Notes: generated by a model not told the origin, from the letters alone. 64,000 bases of DNA from the human T2T-CHM13v2.0 reference genome, Homo sapiens (GCF_009914755.1 NC_060931.1), one strand, 5' to 3'. Shown: positions 43,401 through 59,700, counted from the stretch's first letter. Numbers and translations are program-made.

Positions 43401-43658
43401 AGTACACTGCGGGCCTATTCTTGGCATCCAAAAGGATGCCACCATTTGGATATTCCAAAAAAGCCAAAAATTAAAAAGGGGGATTATCAATCTCATTGTC
43501 TTCCTACTCCTCTCTTCCCAATTATCACTCTTTTCTAAGAATCCATAATCACTGGTGATTCATATTTCCAGCTGCCTATTTTATATCCCTGTGATACATC
43601 TGACATGTCTCCGTTTTGATACAGAGTATATACAAATAACACTGGCCCAGTGGTCTAA

Positions 43659-44127
<469 letters not shown>

Positions 44128-45161
44128 ACACTCAGTGTTTTCTGATATGAAGTATACCTTCTCATAATGGGTTTTAAAGTTCTCTATAAATCATTAACTC
44201 TTCTCTGCTGCCAGTGGGCTTGCTCAATGGTGGTAAAAATAATTTGCTGTCTTTGCTTTAATTCAGGCATATTTATATCCCACATACATATTCCATTTCC
44301 ATTCATTATTTTTCTCCTAAGAAATGAATCCCTTACTTTCATGAAAGTATTCTTTAAAATTCATGTTCCTAGTAATTCACCTCTTCCTTGACATAAATAA
44401 ACTAATCATTTCAGCAATCCTAAAGCATGTTACATAATGAGCATTTTGTGTAACACACCTGGGGCACTCAATGCATTACAGTCCTATGTACAAGTCTGAA
44501 GTAGATGCTAATGGTTTTCTGAAACTTAACTTCTTTCTTTTGTTTTATTTGTCACTGGTTTTAGCCAGATATTCAAATGACCTAATACTTCCACTTAATG
44601 AGTATTAATAACCAACGCATCAGGGCTGATCCAAGTGAATGTAATAACTGTCGTCCTCCAGGGAGCTTGAGACCAACTCCTTATAACTGAATGTATAAAT
44701 TAGTTAATGGACACATGTCTCTACGTCCAGTTTGAAAACTATAGATCTTCATATAGCTAGAGAAGGTTATTCATGCCTATTTAAATTTTCATTTCCTTTA
44801 TCCCCCAAAAGAGTAATAATGATTCCCTCTGCCTTTCAATTTATCCCAGCTCCATTACTGTACTTTTGGGTGACACAAGTGAGCCAACCCAAGCCAGCCA
44901 CAGTACAGCTTCTCGAAAGTAGGCCTGTAACATAAGGAAGAAGCAAGAGGAGTTAGCAGTAATTAATTATACACACTAGCTCCTTGTACTGCTCATTCAT
45001 TTAAAAATCTTGGCTAAATAAGAGAAATACTTATGTAACTTTTAAGAAGCTAAGGGGCATTACAGTGCATGAATCAACGATCCAATAAATACTTCTTAGA
45101 ATCACTTAGAATGAGATCTTAAAATTCTCCTATGTTATCAAAACCTAAAAGAATCATGGAG

Positions 45162-45530
<369 letters not shown>

Positions 45531-46569
45531 TTAAGAGGCAAAAATTACCAGGTCTCTAAAGCAAAATGGTGGGATGTTTGTCCAGGCACTGAAAACATTT
45601 GCGGGGTAAGCCAGGTTCTCCTGCACAGCTAGGGTTTCAAGAGCATTTATATGAAACTTTCCTTCCAAAAGAAGGCACTGATGTTATACTTGGCTAGGGA
45701 AAAACCAACTCATAACACCTAAAGTTTTTTTTTCTTTTCTTTCTACTCCATATTTTCTTACTCTCTCCCTAAGTAGCCGAGTCTTTAAAATGCAACATTA
45801 TATATTGGTATCAAGGAATTCCAAGTTTCAGAGCTGTTTATGAAATGATGCTATTTATTGCAGCCAAAATTTGTAAACCAGAATCTAGATTCACACATAA
45901 CAAAACAGATAAAGTAATAGAGAAGGAGACAGAGGCTGGCAGGGAAAAAAAATATTTCTCCAAAGTGGTATGAATTTGGCATTAATAGGAAGCCAACTCT
46001 AGACCACAGAGATAGGCATCTTTTGTCAGCCCATTTCCTAGTCGATTTTTGTTGAGATAAAGCTCCATTTAAAAGACAGTTGCCTGCATACAATTCCTGG
46101 GTTGTCAAAGTGCTGAATTTGGTCCAGCTAATGAATAAAAAAGTTAACCTTACAGAAAAGTAAGTAATTTTCTGATGACTATTTTTTCAAATTCATGTAA
46201 CAGATCTCTAAGTAGCAATGCAAAGAAAATGAGACTGGGAATGAGGACATGAAATAGATTAAATGTGCTGCTTTTTAAAAAATACTTAATTTTTTATTTA
46301 AACCACCAAGACTGTCAGTCTTTACTTTCTTACATTTAATATGATTTTTGAATTAATTTCAATGAATGAAAAACATTTTCTTAAGTTGTTAGAAAATTAA
46401 ATGACTGTCATTCTCTTTGGCCATTGCTCACATCATTTAAAGAAACACAGCTTTCTAATTCCTTTCCACTCATCACCGAAATTTTACTTAAAATATATTT
46501 AAATACAGTACTTTTTTTTCCTTCTCTTCTTCAAATTCTGTGGGTATTTTTAATGCTTCCAAGCAAATT

Positions 46570-46840
46570 TTATTCATTCATTTCACAGAAATGTATTAAG
46601 ACCTTACTCTGTGCCAGGCCCCGAGGATAAAGACATGAAGAAAGCCACGTTTCTGCCTTCCTGAGGTAATACTCTATTGGGAAATACTGTTAAATGAATA
46701 AAAAATTCACCGAAATGTGACAAGTGCTGGAACAGGGGCATTCAGGAGATCCCAGGGGAACAGAGAGCAGAAGAAATTGCTTAACTCTAAGCAGTAAGGT
46801 CAGGGAGGAATATGTAAGAGACAGGCTGGTTAAGCAAGGC
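46570..46840 (-). mobile_element. L2 fragment
   Basis: tattcattcatt...tactctgtgccaggc...gacaagtgct. Confidence 0.6.
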
Positions 46841-47394
46841 TCCGGGAACTATGCCTTCCACCACTTGGAAAGCACAGGTGCATGATGAGGAGGAGAAGCA
46901 CCCTGACCATGTGACCAAGGACGCCCACTCACTATGTGACCTCATTCAACCTCGGCAAGCCACTGCATCCCTGCCTCCTAACCAGAAATAACAAGACTAT
47001 CTGTTCTGTTCTGGAAAGGATTGCTGTGGGGAATCAAAAGAGCTAATGTTGGTGAAAGTAGAACATAATTTCAAGGAATTCACATTCAGTACAACATTGT
47101 TGTTACATTCTATAGCAAAAGAGGCTCTCATAACAGACAAGCCGGGCACTCTGGAGGTAGAAAAGAAAGCCTGCTGTAAATTCAAAAAGTTAAAATGTTT
47201 GTTAAGTATTAAAAAATCAATGATACTCACTATCTTCAGATTTGGAATTGCTTCTCTGGAACTGATCTTAGAGAGGCAAAATAGTGCCATTTATTTTTTC
47301 CTCTCATAATCTAATGCTTACATTCCCTGCCACCACCAAAGGTGGCAGGAAAGTACTTTATAACACATCGGGATGTCTTTGGCTTCTTTAGCAA

Positions 47395-47444
47395 TTAGGT
47401 TGGTGCAAACGTAATTGCGGTTTTTGCATTACTCTTAATGGCAA
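47395..47444 (+). mobile_element. Partial MADE1 (Hsmar1-derived MITE)
   Basis: TTAGGTTGGTGCAAACGTAATTGCGGTTTTTGCATTACTCTTAATGGCAA; right TIR largely missing. Confidence 0.85.
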
Positions 47445-47789
47445 TTCCAACAGTTTCTTTCCTTTATGGCAATTCATACCACTGATAAATACAGGCAAAA
47501 AGGGGCCTCTTCCTTTTCTGTGTGTTTTCTACAGGGTTCCTTTTGCTCATCCCCTTTGGCTTTATGGATTTACATAAGGAAAGAGAGTTGATTCTGAGAT
47601 GTGTTGAGAAGGCCCTGGGTTTCCAATCAGCTCTTGTCTTAAATGAACATAAAACATAGTGCGGACATGACACCTGTGGGGCCTCTGATCCTACCCCCCT
47701 CATTCAACCGATTAGGGCCATCTCATGTCCTTCGATTCAAGGCAACATCTCCCCTAAGATAATGATTAATTTCAAAAAAAAAAAAAGCA

Positions 47790-48615
<826 letters not shown>

Positions 48616-49535
48616 AACTTCAAGTGACTCTTAATGGATTTTGCTCTGATTTTCTGGCTTGCACAGATTCACTGAAATTCTCTTTCCAGTAACCGATACT
48701 TATAAAATAAAGTTATGAATTCCAAACATCTCTTTATTCCTAATACAGTAGTAGGGAGGAGAAATGCCAATGAATTTATAAACCATTTCGCAAATACAAA
48801 GAAAGGAAAAAATAAATCAATAAATGATAATTGTCCATGATTTAATCTACATTTAAGAGTGACAAGATCAAGACTGTTTATTTTTAGTCAGAAGAATGGA
48901 AACAGAGTTGCAAATTTGTTACACTTCAATTGCAAGGAATGGTAGGGCTCTTCTGCCCCATCTTCCTGCACCAGGTCCATCTTCATTTGCTTCCTCCCAA
49001 ATGAAGAACTGGTAGAACTGGGTGATGTCTGAGATATTCCTTGCACCCTGATTACAAGTAAGCAGGCTCACTCTGCTTAAGACACATGGACTCAGGCATC
49101 CCTCCTTTTCATATAACCCTGCTTCAAACCTAGGTGTGCAGGTCATCAGTATACTTTGCCTCTTTCCTTTTCCCTGGACACCAGGTTGGGGATTAAAGGC
49201 TCAAGAAGGATGACAGTAGGAACTCTGTTTAGGTCTTGAAACCAACAGAGTCACACATGGGGAATTAACACACTTGTGCAGTTATTAACAGTGTGACACA
49301 CTTATCTGGTCTGAGCTATGGGTGCGCACATGCAATCCCTTATAATCTCTTACAATCATTTTTATACAGAATTTGGGTTTCCTGACCCCCACATACATAA
49401 TATTATAAAAAATCATACCCATCTTTTAATATAAAGAACTAAAGGAAAGACAATTATGAAACATCCTCAAAGCAGAGAAAAATAGCTATGACAGAAGACA
49501 GTAAGGAAAGCCTAAAGAGGCAGAGTCCACCTTAC

Positions 49536-49635
49536 CTTCTTAATGAACGCCACCGAAAATGTATCCCAGGACACTATGCCATGGTCCATCAGCTCAACGA
49601 AGGCCGTCAGGGTGAAGGACAGCATGTCTCCAAAG
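49536..49635 (-). CDS. ELMO1: ELMO1 100-nt coding exon, (C)[33 protein letters not shown], phase 2/0
   Basis: ctttttcag|C TTT GGA GAC ATG ... ATT AAG AAG|gtaagg; completes the TG|C codon of the previous exon. Confidence 0.97.
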
Positions 49636-49797
49636 CTGAAAAAGACAGAGAGGCACAAGAGTCAAGAGCCCCAAAGCTGAGCAAAGACACAGAAGCAAGA
49701 AAGTTCTGGGAAAGTGAATACAAGCAGAATTTTAAAAGATCAAGAGACAAATAGCAGGACCACAGGTGACTTCTTCACTAACATGAGTGACATGAAG

Positions 49798-49844
49798 GGG
49801 CAGGACGGCCTTGATGAGGTTGGGCAGGACGGCCTTGATGAGGT
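49798..49844. repeat. Perfect 23-bp direct repeat, 24-bp period
   Basis: GGGCAGGACGGCCTTGATGAGGT-T-GGGCAGGACGGCCTTGATGAGGT. Confidence 0.95.
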
Positions 49845-51024
49845 CAACCAGGGCTTCAGCATCCAACAGACCCGGGCTCACACCAACTCTCGTTCTGGTG
49901 AGCTGTGTTGTTCTGGGCAATTCACTGACCCTGCCTGAGCCTCTATTTTTTCAGCTGAAAAACTAGATGGTGATATCTATCTAGCCACAGAGCTACTTAC
50001 TTAATAAAGTATGTAGCATATAGACACTCAGTAAATGGTGGCTTAAAGAAAAGCTTCTTGGCTAATGAAATTTGGAGCTGCTTAGGCAGGGCAATGTGCT
50101 TCCTTTATTACCCATACACATCCAAAGAGAAAATTAAAAATACTTCTATTAAGAGAATTAGTACTTTTTTTTAAGTGGTCTATACATCCCTCTGTGTGGA
50201 CACACAGATACAAACATGTATGCAAGTAAACATACTCATTTTGATTTTGGCCAGCATTTCGTCTTTAGTTAGTAACTTTTCTGGCATATCGATGGAGATA
50301 ATCACTCCACATAATGGGTTTGCTGACCAAAAGACTTGCTGAGATTCAGTAGGCTATAAGGTGGGTCTAATATGTGGTTTGAAAATCCAAACAGAGATTA
50401 GGCTTGGGCAAATGCAGTTCCACCTAGGACCCTTATTAGACAATATCCTGGTGTCTACAGCTTTCAAAACAACACTTTAGCAGAGACTTAGATACACAGA
50501 ATCTTTCATAGATATTCACCTTTATTGTAAATTATCATCATTATAAGTATTAACACCTTTATGATAAATACTCTTTCTTTGAGTACATTGAATTATGCCA
50601 GTCAGGATCTGTACACTGTATTATGTAACAGCACTGATTCCTAGGTTCAATTTTTAAAAAAATAAAGTTGGTTATATAGATTTTTCATTTGTAGGCTCAT
50701 GCATACCATTATTGATATCCTACAAAGTCTCCTAACATATTTAGATTGAACCTTCCAACTAGTTTTATTTCCAACTAGTAGAATAGAAAACAGGTAACAT
50801 TTCTTTTAAAACAGCTTCTCAATTTCCCTTCTTCCTACTGTTCTACTCAGCCCAGCCTCAAAAATGACCTTTGAAATTCTGCATCACCACAGAAGATGTA
50901 ATGCTAAATGGAACCTATAGAAGGGGAAGTGGTTCTCAGGGAAAGACAATGATCCAAAGCTGCCGGAGACCAGGGGCAACAGAGGGGATGCAACCAGCTA
51001 AACGAAAACGGCTAAGTAGGTAGT

Positions 51025-51260
51025 TTGTGGAGTCAGACAGCAGGGGTTCTCCCTTCAGCCCTAAGTGGGCAAGTTATGCACCATCCTATGCTTCTCTTTC
51101 CTCATTTATTAAAAATGGGGATGATGATGATGATGATGATGATGGTAGTGGTAGTCACAACTAGCTCAGAGATTTTTGGAGAAATGAAAACAAGCAAACA
51201 TGCTTAAAGCCCTCCAAATGCTGTGCAGTGAATTGTAAGTAGCGTGTGAGTGTTACTACA
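51025..51260 (+). mobile_element. MIR containing (ATG)n at 51121-51144
   Basis: ggagtcagac...gggcaagtta...ttcctcatttattaaaaatgggg. Confidence 0.65.
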
Positions 51261-52093
51261 TTCTCACTATGCAAAAGTGAGATTTTTAAAACGTGAATGA
51301 AGGACAAGATTTTCAAATGTTTCACCTTGTGTTAAGGATTCTCTGTTCTTAGAACTAGAAAATGAAAACAAAAACAGCAATGCAAGGAAAGCCAAACCAT
51401 TCAGACCAGATAGAAAAGCAGCTAATATCTCTGGCTTTTCAGAGCTGCAAAGGGCAACCTCGATCTTACAGGTGCCCCCTAGGTGGCATCAAAGGATCAT
51501 GCCTCAAAAAGAAATTCCAAACCAGACAACACAAACTTATTTGAAGAAAAGAACAGAACATTAGAAAGACAGGTGGAATAATGGGTTGAAGAGAGTATTG
51601 AGTAAGGTTAAAGAAAAATTCCAGAATGACTCTTTCTACAGACAATGGATCACAAGAAAATCCAAATATCAGATTGCAAAATAAAAAAAAGAAGAAGAAA
51701 AGAAAGTAAAAAGACTGCCTCAGGAAAATAAGAGCCAGGAAATAAAAGCAATTAGTAAGATTTATTAATAGACTGGGTAGGCATTAGTATTACTGTGAAA
51801 ACATCATTACATAATAACATACAGCATGAGCAGTAAGCAAAATTAGCTCATTTATTTTATTTACTTAAAAAGAGGAAAAACAAGAACCAAATGATAACTA
51901 ATAGTGGATATTTGGTCATACCCAGCATATTAAAAGACCTCAAATGTCAAAAAAATTCCTATACACGCCATGGGAGGACAGCATTCACAGCATCTGTACA
52001 AGGCAAAAAACCTGCCTCAGTAACATCAACAGCAGCACAGGCAATGGAACAGGCAGTGGCAGAGAAACACACACACTACTGAATCAAACTATT

Positions 52094-52400
52094 AGCCTAG
52101 TGCCGTGGTTCATGCCTGCAATCCCAGCACTCTGGGAGGCTGAGGCAGGCGCATCACCTGAGGTCAGGAGTTCGAGAGCAGCCTGGCCAACGTGGTGAAA
52201 CCCCGTCTCTCCTAAAAATACAAAAATTAGCCAGTCATGGTGGCGGGCGCCTGTAGTTCCAGCTACTCTACTCAGAAGGCTGAACCCAGGAGGTGGAGGC
52301 TGCAGTGAGCCAAGATCGTGCCATTGCACTCCAGCCTGGGCGACAGAGTGACTCTGTCTCGAAGAAAGATAAAACAAATAAACCAATAAACAACAAAAAA
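52094..52400 (+). mobile_element. AluS-like SINE
   Basis: Alu with small right-arm deletion and degenerate A-rich tail. Confidence 0.9.
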
Positions 52401-53726
52401 TACTCTTCTCTGCATTCCCATTAGCTAGACAGCACTCAGATAAGATCAGGAAACCAGATGACATTAGTCTTCAGTAGCTCCTTTAAAAGCAAAAGATAAA
52501 GTATATTTATGTTCTCTAATATATGAAAGCAATATGACTCTGCTCCCTAGCTACCTGCTCAATAGAGCCCTAATCCAAATGATCTTAGTAACATCTGGTA
52601 CAGTCAATCGTCCCAAAACTACACTCCAGAGCTCTGTCTACAGACTCCTCAGACAGAACAGGCTGCAAGGACTTTGGGAAAAAAAAGCTGGAGAGAAGGA
52701 GAAAGAGTATCATTTGGTTTCCAAATCCCCATGCTTGTTTGGGAGTCAAGATTTCAATCTCTATGGCTGTTAAGGAGGTGCAGCACCATTTCTGAGACTG
52801 CAAATAGAGCTATATGTGCTTCTCAAGTATCCATTAGTGGGAATGATTGGTAAGTGAGAGTAAAGCTTTTTCACAGCATACACCAGTCAAGGTACTCAGA
52901 GGAAGGATAGCTCTCTTGATCTATCTAATGACATGACAGATAGGCAGAGACAGATAGGAATATATAATAGGACCTATTTTATATATTACTAGCATATAAT
53001 ATTTATGTAAAATACACATAGGTATATAATATATACATATTACATAATATTCTGTATTACACACATATTCTGTATATAACATATTCATTAGGACTGGTTG
53101 CTGGGTGACATAGTAAGTTCCCATATGGAAGAACTTTTTCCAAATTCAACTTCAAACTCTCAGTTGCAAAGAAAGGATGGCCATGCTAAAATTTTATTAC
53201 ATTCCAAATCAAGGGATTCAATCACCTCTTTCAAGTGAGATGGCTATAAAAGCTCTTACTGAACCTTGACATAGGTGTTTATTTCCACTCCTAGAGGAGT
53301 AATTCAGGCTCCAAACCGGGAAAGCAGAAGGCAAGTTCTACCTCTGAAATCAATGCTGGGTATAGAGAGTCAAGGCTAAAAGAATTACAAATATAAAGCA
53401 ACCACATGGCACATCCAGGAACATTTTTATTTGTTTGGATTATTTGTATTTTGTAAACTGTTAGGCTAAAGATTGTGCAGTACTGACAGCCACAAATTAA
53501 GCCAACTGCAAACTTTACATGCTGGTGGAAAGCCACTGTCACAGCCAACACACCATGTGTGCTGGAATGATTCAAATAAATGTTTCTCATCAACTTAGTA
53601 GACACCATCTTCATTCCAACAAAATTCAGCCAATCTCAAAACAAGCATGTAAATTTATGCTACTAATTTTATAAAAGAATAGTGCTTCCAAATGTTTCCA
53701 TGGAGTGGCAAGCCCGTTAATACAGA

Positions 53727-54045
<319 letters not shown>

Positions 54046-55613
54046 TGAAAAAAGATGAAAATAAAGGCCACTTTTAAAGCTATGATAAATTGTACTCAAT
54101 AGATCCTTAATTGTCAAGGTTAATGGCCACAGTTCTGCCCTGCCCTTTGAGTTTTTCCATCTGTTTTCCTCCTTGAGGAAGTAAAATGTATATACATTGA
54201 AAGGTATGGATTTATAAGTCATCCTATAGACACACCCCTTACCTTCAAAAAGCATGACTTATGTCAGCAAACATTCTTCTAGCTCCTTTGTTAAAAATTT
54301 CAGTGCAGGTTGATTCTGGACTCTATTCTACTACATTGATCTGTTTATCTACCCCCTTATACCAATATCAGACCATCTTGATAGCTAACCTTATAGGAAG
54401 TATTGAAATCAGTCAACGAAACTCTTCAACTTTATTGTTGATCATTTTGGCTATTCTAGGTCCCACACATTACCAGTGGTTTTAGGATTGATTTGTAATT
54501 CTTTTAAAAAATAACTGATATTGCACTGAACCTATAGTATAAAGATGATATGCTTTGGCTCTGTGTCCCTGCCAAAGGATGTCAGAAGAGAACTGCTATC
54601 TAATTAAAATTGTGTCCTCCACCACATGAAATGGTCTATCCCTCCACTTGTTTAGGTCTTTATTTCCCCTCATTTATTTATTTTTAGCAAATAAATAGAT
54701 ATTGCATGTCTATCGATGAATTTATCCCTAAAAATAAAGATTTATTTCTACAAATTATGATTTTGATACTTTATAAGTGGAAATTTTAAAATGTCATTTT
54801 CCAATGGTTGCTGTTAAAATATAAAAATTCATTTTTATTTTATTGACATTGTATCCTGAAACCTTGCTAAATTCAATTATATCTAGCAGTTTCTTTGTAG
54901 ATTCCTAAGAATTTTCTAAATAGATAATCATGTTTTCTATGAATAGAGGTAGTTTTACATCTTCCTTTCTTATATTATGCTTTTAGTTTCTTTATTGACT
55001 TACTGCAATAGCTAAGAAATCCTATACAATGTTGAACAGAACTGCAGAAAGCAAACATATTTGCCTTATTCTCAGTCTGTAGGGTAGAAAACATTCAGTC
55101 TTTCAACATTAAGTATGATGGAGTTTTTGTAGATTACTTTATCAAGATGAGGAAGTTCCCTCTATTCCTAGCTTGCTGAGAATTTTTATTATTAATATAC
55201 ATTAGATTTTATGAAATGCTTTCTCTCCATTAAGATGATTTTTCTCTTTAGGTTTTCTCCTTTATTTCATAAAACACTGAGCTGCTTGATTGATTTTCAA
55301 ATGTTAAACTATTTCTGAGATAAGCTCTTATTGATCACAAGGTATTATCCCTTTAACATATTGCTTGATTGTATTTATTAACATGCCTCTGTGGATTTTT
55401 GCATCTGGTCTATAATTTTTATTTCCTGTATTGTCTTTGCCAGGTTTTGGTATCAGAGTGATACTGGTATCATAAAATAATGAGAACTGGTCCCTCTCCT
55501 CTATTTTCCAAAAGCATGTGTTTAGATTTGGTATTTCTTCTATAATATATAATATAGAATTCACCAGTGTAACCTGTTATTGTTGTATGAAGGTTTTCGA
55601 GAAATGATTTCAA

Positions 55614-55907
55614 TTTTTTTTTTTCTGAGATGGAGTCTCGCTCTGTCGCCCAGGCTGGAATGCAGTGGCACGACGTCGGCTCACTGAAACCTCCACCTCC
55701 TGGGTTCAAGCAATTCTCTGCCTCAGTCTCTCAAGTAGCTGGGATTACGGGTGCCTGTCACCATGCATGGATAATTTTTTTGTATTTTTAGTAGAGACAG
55801 GGTTTCACCATCTTGGCCAGGCTGGTCTTGAATTCCTGACCTCGTGATCCACCTGCCTTGGCCTCCCAAAGTGCTGGGATTACAGGCGTGAGCCACCGCG
55901 CCCAGCC
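55614..55907 (-). mobile_element. AluS-like SINE in L1
   Basis: Reverse Alu; TSD ATTTCAATTTT. Confidence 0.92.
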
Positions 55908-55971
55908 AATTTCAATTTTTTTAATAACTATGGGCGTCCAAATTTTCTATTTCATCATGAGTCAGTTTTGA

Positions 55972-56421
55972 TGTGTCAGTTTTAGTCCTCTGTGAAGCAG
56001 ATGCTGAGACTAAGTTATGAGAACAGAGATTGAGTACGAGTTTGGGCAATGCCTGTGGAAGATAAAGCAGGCAGAAAGCAGGATTGAGTATGGAAAGCCT
56101 TGGGACCATGAAACAGATCTGATGCCTGCGAAGGGAAGGGGAAGAAGCAAATGCAGATCTGAAAATGTCTCAGCCAACTCAGTGGAACGCTGCAGAATAA
56201 ACAGTGCCTCTTAGAGGAATCCCATAATGGGTAGAAATGACCAGGCTCTGGTATCCCCACCATGTTCAATAACTAAATGCTGCCTTTGGAGAGTACTGAA
56301 AGCTGCTATGAATCTGGAACATGTGATAACTGAAAACTATCAGGTAACTGCACTCTTCTTGGCTGACTAGCAAGTTCTTCCTGAAAGGAGATCAAAGCCA
56401 TGCATTTCCATGACTAACACA
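55972..56421. mobile_element. MLT1-type MaLR solo LTR nested in L1
   Basis: TG...CA ends, gaagcagatgctgagac motif, near 5-bp TSD TTTGA/TTTGG. Confidence 0.7.
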
Positions 56422-56465
56422 TTTGGTAAATCTGTTTTCCATGGCATTTGTCTATTTCATCCTTA

Positions 56466-56750
56466 ATTTTCTTTCTTTTTTTTTTTCTTTTTTTTTTTTT
56501 GAGACAGAGTCTCACTCTGTTGCCCAGGCTGAAGTGCAGTGGCATGATCTTGGCTCACTGCAACCTCCACCTCCCTAGCTCAAGCAATCCCCTAACTCAG
56601 CCTACCAAGTAGCTGGGACTACAGCCACAAGGCGTCACACCCAGCTAATTTTTGAATTTTGTTGTAGAGATAGGTTTTTGCCATGTTACCCAGGCTGGTC
56701 TTGAACTGCTGGGCTCAAGTGATCCACCTGCCTTGGCCTCCCCAAGTGCT
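56466..56750 (-). mobile_element. AluJ-like SINE, 5'-clipped
   Basis: Reverse Alu with long T tract. Confidence 0.9.
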
Positions 56751-59700
56751 AAAACATTAAATTTATTAATGTAAAATTATTTGCAATATTCTTTTATTTT
56801 ATTTCTAATGTCAGTATGATTTGTAGTGATATTCCCTCTTTTATCCCTGGTGTTGATATTTGGATTTCTCTTTTCTTTTTTTTCCTAATAAATATTTGGC
56901 TTTAATTTTCTGTATTATTTGCCTGTTTCCTATTTCATTGGTTAGTATTCTTATTATTCTTTTTTTCTACTTAATTCACATTTTTTAAAGCTTCTTAAGT
57001 AAAAACTTAGACCATTTTTTTTTAAACCATCCTTCCTTTTCAACATAGATATTTAATGCTACAAATTTCCCCCTAAGCACAGCTTCAGCTGCATTCACAA
57101 ATTTGGGTATGTTGTATTTTCATTACCATTCAGTTAAAATATTTCATAATTTCAACTGAGTTATTCCTTGACTCTTTGATAGTATGAAAGAGTGTTTTCT
57201 AATTTCCAAACATCCGAGGCTATTCGGCTATTTTATTGTTACCGACTTCTAATTTAATTTCCTTGTGATCAAAGAACATAATCTGTGTAATTTTAATCAT
57301 TTGAAAATTCTTGAGCCTTACTATGGACTATTTTGATGAACATTCCATGTGCATTTGAAAATAATGTATATTTTGCTGTTATTGAGTCTGATGCTTTATA
57401 AATGACAATTAAGGCAAGACCTTTGATAGTGTTGATCAAATCATCTATATCCTTAACATTTTGCCTAGTTTTCATACCAGTTAGGAAAGACTGGTCTTAA
57501 AATCATCAACTATGCTGATGGGTTTGCCTCTTTTTCTCCTTAGTAGTCAGTGTTTGCTTCACGTATTTTAAAACTTTATTATACACATGTATAATAATTT
57601 TAAATGTGCATACACATTTAAAATTTTTAGGTGCATACACATTTAAAATAAAAAGGAGGATTAAATCTTCTTAATGAGGCGACCATTTTTATTACTAATT
57701 ATCCCTCTTTAACTCTGATAACATATTGCTTTCAAGTCTTATCTTTCCTGATAATAAAACCATTCAGTTTTATTATTATTAGCATTTGCATGGTATATGT
57801 TTTTCCATCCTTTTATTTTCAACGTACATGTGCCCTTGTCTTTATAGTACATCTCTTATAAACAGCATAGAGCTGGGCCATGCTTTTTAAAAAATTTCAT
57901 CTGACAATCTAAACCTTTTCATTGAGCTGCTTAGTCTATTTACATTTAATGTATTGATATGATTAGATTGAAGTCAACCAACTTGTTTTCTGTTTGTCTT
58001 AACTATATTTTATTCTACTTCTCTTTCCTTACCTTCTTTTGAATTAATCAAATTTTTTTAGTAGTCTGATTTAATCCCTCCTTTGTGTTTTGGCCTATGC
58101 TTCCTTGCACTGTTTTTAGTTGTGACTCTGTGTATTACAATGTGCACCATTAGTATATTAATGTCTACTTAAACGGAAGATTATACACTAGGAAGCTTGC
58201 TGTAGTGTAGTTGCTCTTATACCTCCATCCTTTGTGCTCTCATTGTCATACATATTGCATCAACATATGTCATAAACCCTACCAAACAGTATTATAATTT
58301 TTGCTTTATATAGTTACAGCCTTTTAAAGAAATTTAAAGGAAAGTAAAACTACATTTTGTCTTTTTATATTACCCACATATTTAGTTTCTGTTGTTCTTC
58401 ATATTTTCCTACAGATCTGAGTATCTATCTACTATCATGTCTCTCCAGTGTGAAGAACTTGCTTCATATATCTCCATCATTATTTTCTTCTGTAATTATT
58501 TCCTCAAATATTTGCCTTCCCCATTCTTTTTCCTCTCCTTTTGGGACTCCAATTAAATGTATTTCAGATAACTTATTATCTCACAGGTCAAGTACTCATT
58601 ATTCATTTTATCAACTTTTCAGATTAGGTAACTTACACTGATACATCTTCAAGGCTACTATCTCTTCTTCTGACATCTTCAACCTCATACAGTAAAATTT
58701 TCACTTTATTGTGCTTTTCAATTTTATAACTGACATCTGGTTATTTTTATGGTTTCAATTTCTCTATTAAGACTCCCCATCTGTGCATTCATTACACTCA
58801 TACTTTTCTTTAGTTTTTAACATATTTATAAAAGTTTTTAAAAAACCTTCATCTGCTAATTCCAACATCTGGGTCATCTCAGGGCCAGTTTTTACTACCT
58901 ACATTTTTTCTTAACTATAGGTCGTCTTTTCCTATTTCCTTACATACCTAGCACATTTTTATTATATACTGGATATTGTGAACAAAACACTGTCAATATT
59001 CAGATATCAGTTTTGTTCCTCTGAAGAGTGATAATTTTTGTTCTAGCAGGAAGTAAAAATCTAAATTCTGAAGTGAGTGACAGCTGACATCTTTGCTCAG
59101 ATCTTTAAGTTGCTGTTTTTACCATTAAAGTGTGCATTTGCACTTCAGTGATCAGCAGTGGACTGCGACAGGGTTTACATGTGGATGTGGAGTCTCCTAC
59201 TCTCTGAGCTTCTCGTCTTTCATAGATTCCCTCTAATTAGCTAGCTGCTCTGCAGTCCCAAACTACATCTTCTTAGTAACTTACTAAGACTGAGGCTCTC
59301 TGCCACCCCATGCTGCCTGGATGAGTAGGTGTTCTCAGAGAAAAAGCTTCAAACATACAAATCCCATCAAAGACCCATCTGGTCTCTCAAGGGTTAACTT
59401 CCCTCTACCTTCTGCCTGTTTTGGGTTGCTATCCAGTGCCTTCATATAGTTGGTTTAAGATGTTTTGTTTATAATATTTTGTCCGGATTTCATAATTGTT
59501 ATCTGTGTTAGTCTGATTGTGCTACTGTGCCATTACCAGAACCAGGGCCTTGACTATTCATTTCTGTCTATGATTTATCAATAAAAATCATGAACTACAC
59601 TACAAACTGTCCAGCATATCTACATACCAAAAGATTAAAACTACTGTCTAATAAATTTTAAATAAATTATTTTGGCTTCAGGGCCCCAAATTCCTCTATA

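Larger units (their letters stand above)
54260..59550 (-). mobile_element. Long degraded L1M element, interrupted by two Alus and an MLT1 LTR
   Basis: ORF2 remnants FYDTSITLIPKPGKD and YTLFSNAHGMFIKI; T-rich plus strand; ends approximate. Confidence 0.8.

Noticed and set aside
50919-50934. PU.1/ETS-like GAAGGGGAAGTG
   Set aside because: A single short motif is not supportable without chromatin data.
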